Source: Bugula neritina
Lineage: Eukaryota > Animalia > Bryozoa
DNA length: 64,000 bases
Direction: 5' to 3'
Assembly (NCBI GenBank): GCA_964035545.1
Contig: OZ037771.1
Location: forward strand, 15,749,510-15,813,509
In this document: piece after piece, positions 60,901 through 64,000 of the stretch
How positions within the stretch are numbered: the first letter of the stretch is position 1
Layout of the letters: each line of letters starts with the position of its first letter
The notes under the pieces: generated by a model
Database searches by the model: none
The model's input: only the letters and a program-made list of their open reading frames with translations
What the model was told of the DNA's origin: nothing
Made by a program: the position numbers and the translations under genes

Positions 60901-63900
60901 TGGGGTTTGGGGTTTGGGGTTGGGGTTTGGGGTTTGGGGTTTGGGGTTTAGGTTGGTTTGGGGTTTGGGGTTTGGGGTTTGGGGTTTGGTTGGGGTTTGG
61001 GTTTGGGGTTTGGGGTTGGGGTTTGGGGTTTGGGGTTTGGGGTTTGGGGTTTGGGGTTTGGGGTTTGGGGTTTGGGGTTGGGGTTTGGGTTTGGGGTTTG
61101 GGGTTTGGGGTTTGGGGTTTGGGTTTGGGGTTTGGGGTTTGGGGTTTGGGGTTTGGGGTTTGGGGTTTGGGGTTTGGGGTTTGGGGTTTGGGGTTTTGGG
61201 TTTGGGGTTTGGGGTTTGGGGTTTGGGGTTTGGGGTTTGGGGTTTGGGGTTTGGGGTTTGGGGTTTGGGGTTTGGGGTTTGGGGTTTGGGGTTTGGGTTT
61301 GGGGTTTGGGGTTTGGGGTTTGGGTTGGGGTTTGGGGTTTGGGGTTTGGGGTTTGGGGTTTGGGGTTTGGGGTTTGGGGTTTGGGGTTTGGGGTTTGGGG
61401 TTTGGGTTGGGGTTTGGGGTTTGGGGGTTTGGGGTTTGGGGTTTGGGGTTTGGGTTTTGGGGTTTGGGTTTGGGGTTTGGGTTTGGGGTTTGGGGTTTGG
61501 GGTTTGGGGTTTGGGGTTTGGGTTTGGGGTTTGGGGTTTGGGGTTTGGGGTTTGGGGTTTGGGGTTTGGGGTTTGGGTTTGGGGTTTGGGGTTTGGGTTT
61601 GGGGGTTTGGGGTTTGGGGTTTGGGGTTTGGGGTTTGGGGTTTGGGGTTTGGGGTTTGGGTTTGGGGTTTGGGGTTTGGGGTTTGGGGTTTGGGGTTTGG
61701 GGTTTGGGGTTTGGGTTTGGGGTTTGGGGTTTGGGTTTGGGGTTTGGGTTTGGGGTTTGGGGTTTGGGGTTTGGGGTTTTGGGTTTGGGGTTGGGGTTTG
61801 GGGTTTGGGGTTTGGGGTTTGGGGTTTGGGGTTTGGGTTTGGGGTTTGGGGTTTGGGGTTTGGGGTTTGGGGGGGTTTGGGGTTTGGGGTTTGGGTGGGG
61901 TTTGGGGTTTGGGGTTTGGGGTTTGGGGTTTGGGGTTTGGGGTTTGGGTTTGGGGTTTGGGGTTTGGGGTTTGGGGTTTGGGGTTTGGGGTTTGGGTTGG
62001 GGTTTGGGGTTTGGGGTTTGGGGTTTGGGGTTTGGGGTTTGGGGTTTGGGGTTTGGGGTTTGGGGTTTGGGGTTTGGGGTTTGGGGTTTGGGGTTGGGGT
62101 TTGGGGTTTGGGGTTTGGGGTTTGGGGTTTGGGGTTTGGGGTTTTGGGTTTGGGGTTTGGGTTTGGGGTTTGGGGTTTGGGGTTTGGGTTTGGGGTTTGG
62201 GTTGGGGTTTGGGGTTTGGGGTTTGGGGTTTGGGGTTTGGGTTTGGGGTTTGGGGTTTGGGGTTTGGGGTTTGGGGTTTGGGGTTTGGGTTTGGGGTTTG
62301 GGTTTGGGGTTTGGGGTTTGGGTTTGGGGTTTGGGGTTTGGGGTTTGGGGTTTGGGGTTTTGGGGGTTTGGGGTTTGGGTTTGGGGTTTGGGGTTTGGGG
62401 TTTGGGGTTTGGGGTTTGGGTTGGGTTTGGGGTTTGGGGTTTTGGGGTTGGGGTTTGGGGTTTGGGGTTTGGGGTTTGGGGTTTGGGGTTTGGGGTTTGG
62501 GGTTTGGGGTTTGGGGTCTTGGGGTTTGGGGTTTGGGGTTTGGGGTTTGGGTTTGGGTTTGGGGTTTGGGGTTTGGGGTTTGGGGTTTGGGTTTGGGGTT
62601 TGGGGTTTGGGGTTTGGGGTTTGGGGTTTGGGGTTTGGGGTTTGGGGTTTGGGGTTTGGGGTTTGGGGTTTGGGGTTTGGGGTTTGGGGTTTGGGGTTTG
62701 GGTTTGGGGTTTGGGGTTTGGGGTTTGGGGTTTGGGGTTTGGGGTTTGGGGTTTGGGGTTTGGGGTTTGGGGTTTGGGGTTTGGGGTTTGGGGTTTGGGG
62801 TTTGGGGTTTGGGGTTTGGGTTTGGGGTTTGGGGTTTGGGGTTTGGGGTTTGGGGTTGGGTTTGGGGTTTGGGGTTTGGGGTTTGGGGTTTGGGGGTTTG
62901 GGGTTTGGGGTTTGGGGTTTGGGGTTTGGGTTTGGGGTTTGGGGTTTGGGGTTTGGGGTTTGGGGTTTGGGGTTTGGGGTTTGGAGTTTGGGGTTTGGGG
63001 TTTGGGGTTTGGGGTTTGGGTTTGGGTTTGGGGTTTGGGGTTTGGGTTTGGGGTTTGGGGTTTGGGGTTTGGGGTTTGGGGTTTGGGGTTTGGGGTTTGG
63101 GGTTTGGGGTTTGGGGTTTGGGGTTTGGGGTTTGGGGTTTGGGGTTTGGGGTTTGGGGTTTGGGGTTTGGGGTTTGGGGTTTGGGGTTTGGGGTTTGGGG
63201 TTTGGGGTTTGGGGTTTGGGGTTTGGGGTTTGGGGTTTGGGGTTTGGGTTGGGTTTGGGGTTTGGGGTTTGGGGTTTGGGGTTTGGGGTTTGGGGTTTGG
63301 GGTTTGGGGTTTGGGGTTTGGGGTTTGGGGTTTGGGGTTTGGGGTTTGGGGTTTGGGGTTGGGGTTTGGGGTTTGGGTTTGGGGTTTGGGGTTTGGGGTT
63401 TGGGGTTTGGGGTTTGGGGTTTGGGGTTTGGGGTTTGGGGTTTGGGGTTTGGGGTTTGGGGTTTTGGGGTTTGGGGTTTGGGTTTGGGGTTTGGGGTTTG
63501 GGGTTTGGGGTTTGGGGTTTGGGGTTTGGGGTTGGGGTTTGGGGTTTGGGGTTTGGGGTTTGGGGTTTGGGTTTGGGGTTTGGGGTTTGGGGTTTGGGGT
63601 TTGGGGTTTGGGTTTGGGGTTTGGGGTTTGGGGTTTGGGGTTTGGGGTTTGGGGTTGGGTTTGGGGTTTGGGGTTTGGGGTTTGGGGTTTGGGGTTTGGG
63701 GTTTGGGGTTTGGGGTTTGGGGTTTGGGTTTGGGGTTGGGGTTTGGGGTTTGGGGTTTGGGGTTTGGGGTTTGGGTTTGGGTTTGGGTTTGGGGTTTGGG
63801 TTTGGGGTTTGGGGTTTGGGGTTTGGGGTTTGGGGTTTGGGGTTTGGGTTTGGGGTTTGGGGTTTGGGGTTTGGGGTTTGGGTTTGGGGTTTGGGGTTTG

Positions 63901-64000
63901 GGGTTTGGGGTTTGGGGTTTGGGGTTTGGGGTTTGGGGTTTGGGGTTTGGGGTTTGGGGTTTGGGGTTTGGGGTTTGGGGTTTGGGTTTGGGGTTTGGGG
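51961..64000 (+). repeat. Telomeric array (TTTGGGG)n, >12 kb (~1,700 units)
   Basis: The G-rich strand runs 5'->3' toward the window end. The 7-mer is perfect from 51996 to ~56580, there are three TTTGCGG variants at the junction, and homopolymer-length variants appear distally. Confidence 0.95.

Noticed and set aside
51976-60951. 2991-aa Gly/Trp/Phe/Val/Leu ORF
   Set aside because: It is a translation of the A-less telomeric 7-mer, which cannot contain stop codons. Not a gene.
56580-64000. Increasing telomere repeat heterogeneity (TTGGGG, TTTGGG, etc.) as evidence of a sloppy telomerase
   Set aside because: The changes are almost all homopolymer-length indels appearing distally, as expected from falling read coverage and long-read error. 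They cannot be treated as biological without read-level data.

Overview
This is the terminal 64 kb of an AT-rich animal chromosome arm. Left to right: (1) a multi-exon + strand DHHC palmitoyltransferase of the ZDHHC2/15/20 subfamily (179-~4277, with probable extra 3' exons to 7233). (2) An intact, apparently young Ty3/Gypsy (Mag-like) LTR retrotransposon on the - strand (9830-14671; 328-bp LTRs, ACTTC target-site duplication). (3) A large + strand gene for a single-pass membrane protein with F5/8C-like, NHL-like, Ig-like, EGF and Cys-rich modules, a TM helix and a repetitive Lys/Ser-rich tail (~15068-28534). (4) A ~20-kb subtelomeric quasi-palindrome of duplicated, spliced but non-coding exon modules that converge on two inverted proteasome beta-2 (PSMB7) pseudogene fragments. 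(5) More than 12 kb of a non-canonical (TTTGGGG)n telomere from 51961 to the window end. The most striking structure is that most introns of both protein-coding genes have been inflated by their own private minisatellite. Several of these arrays are tandem amplifications of the splice junction itself. All exon calls and identity estimates were made by eye.
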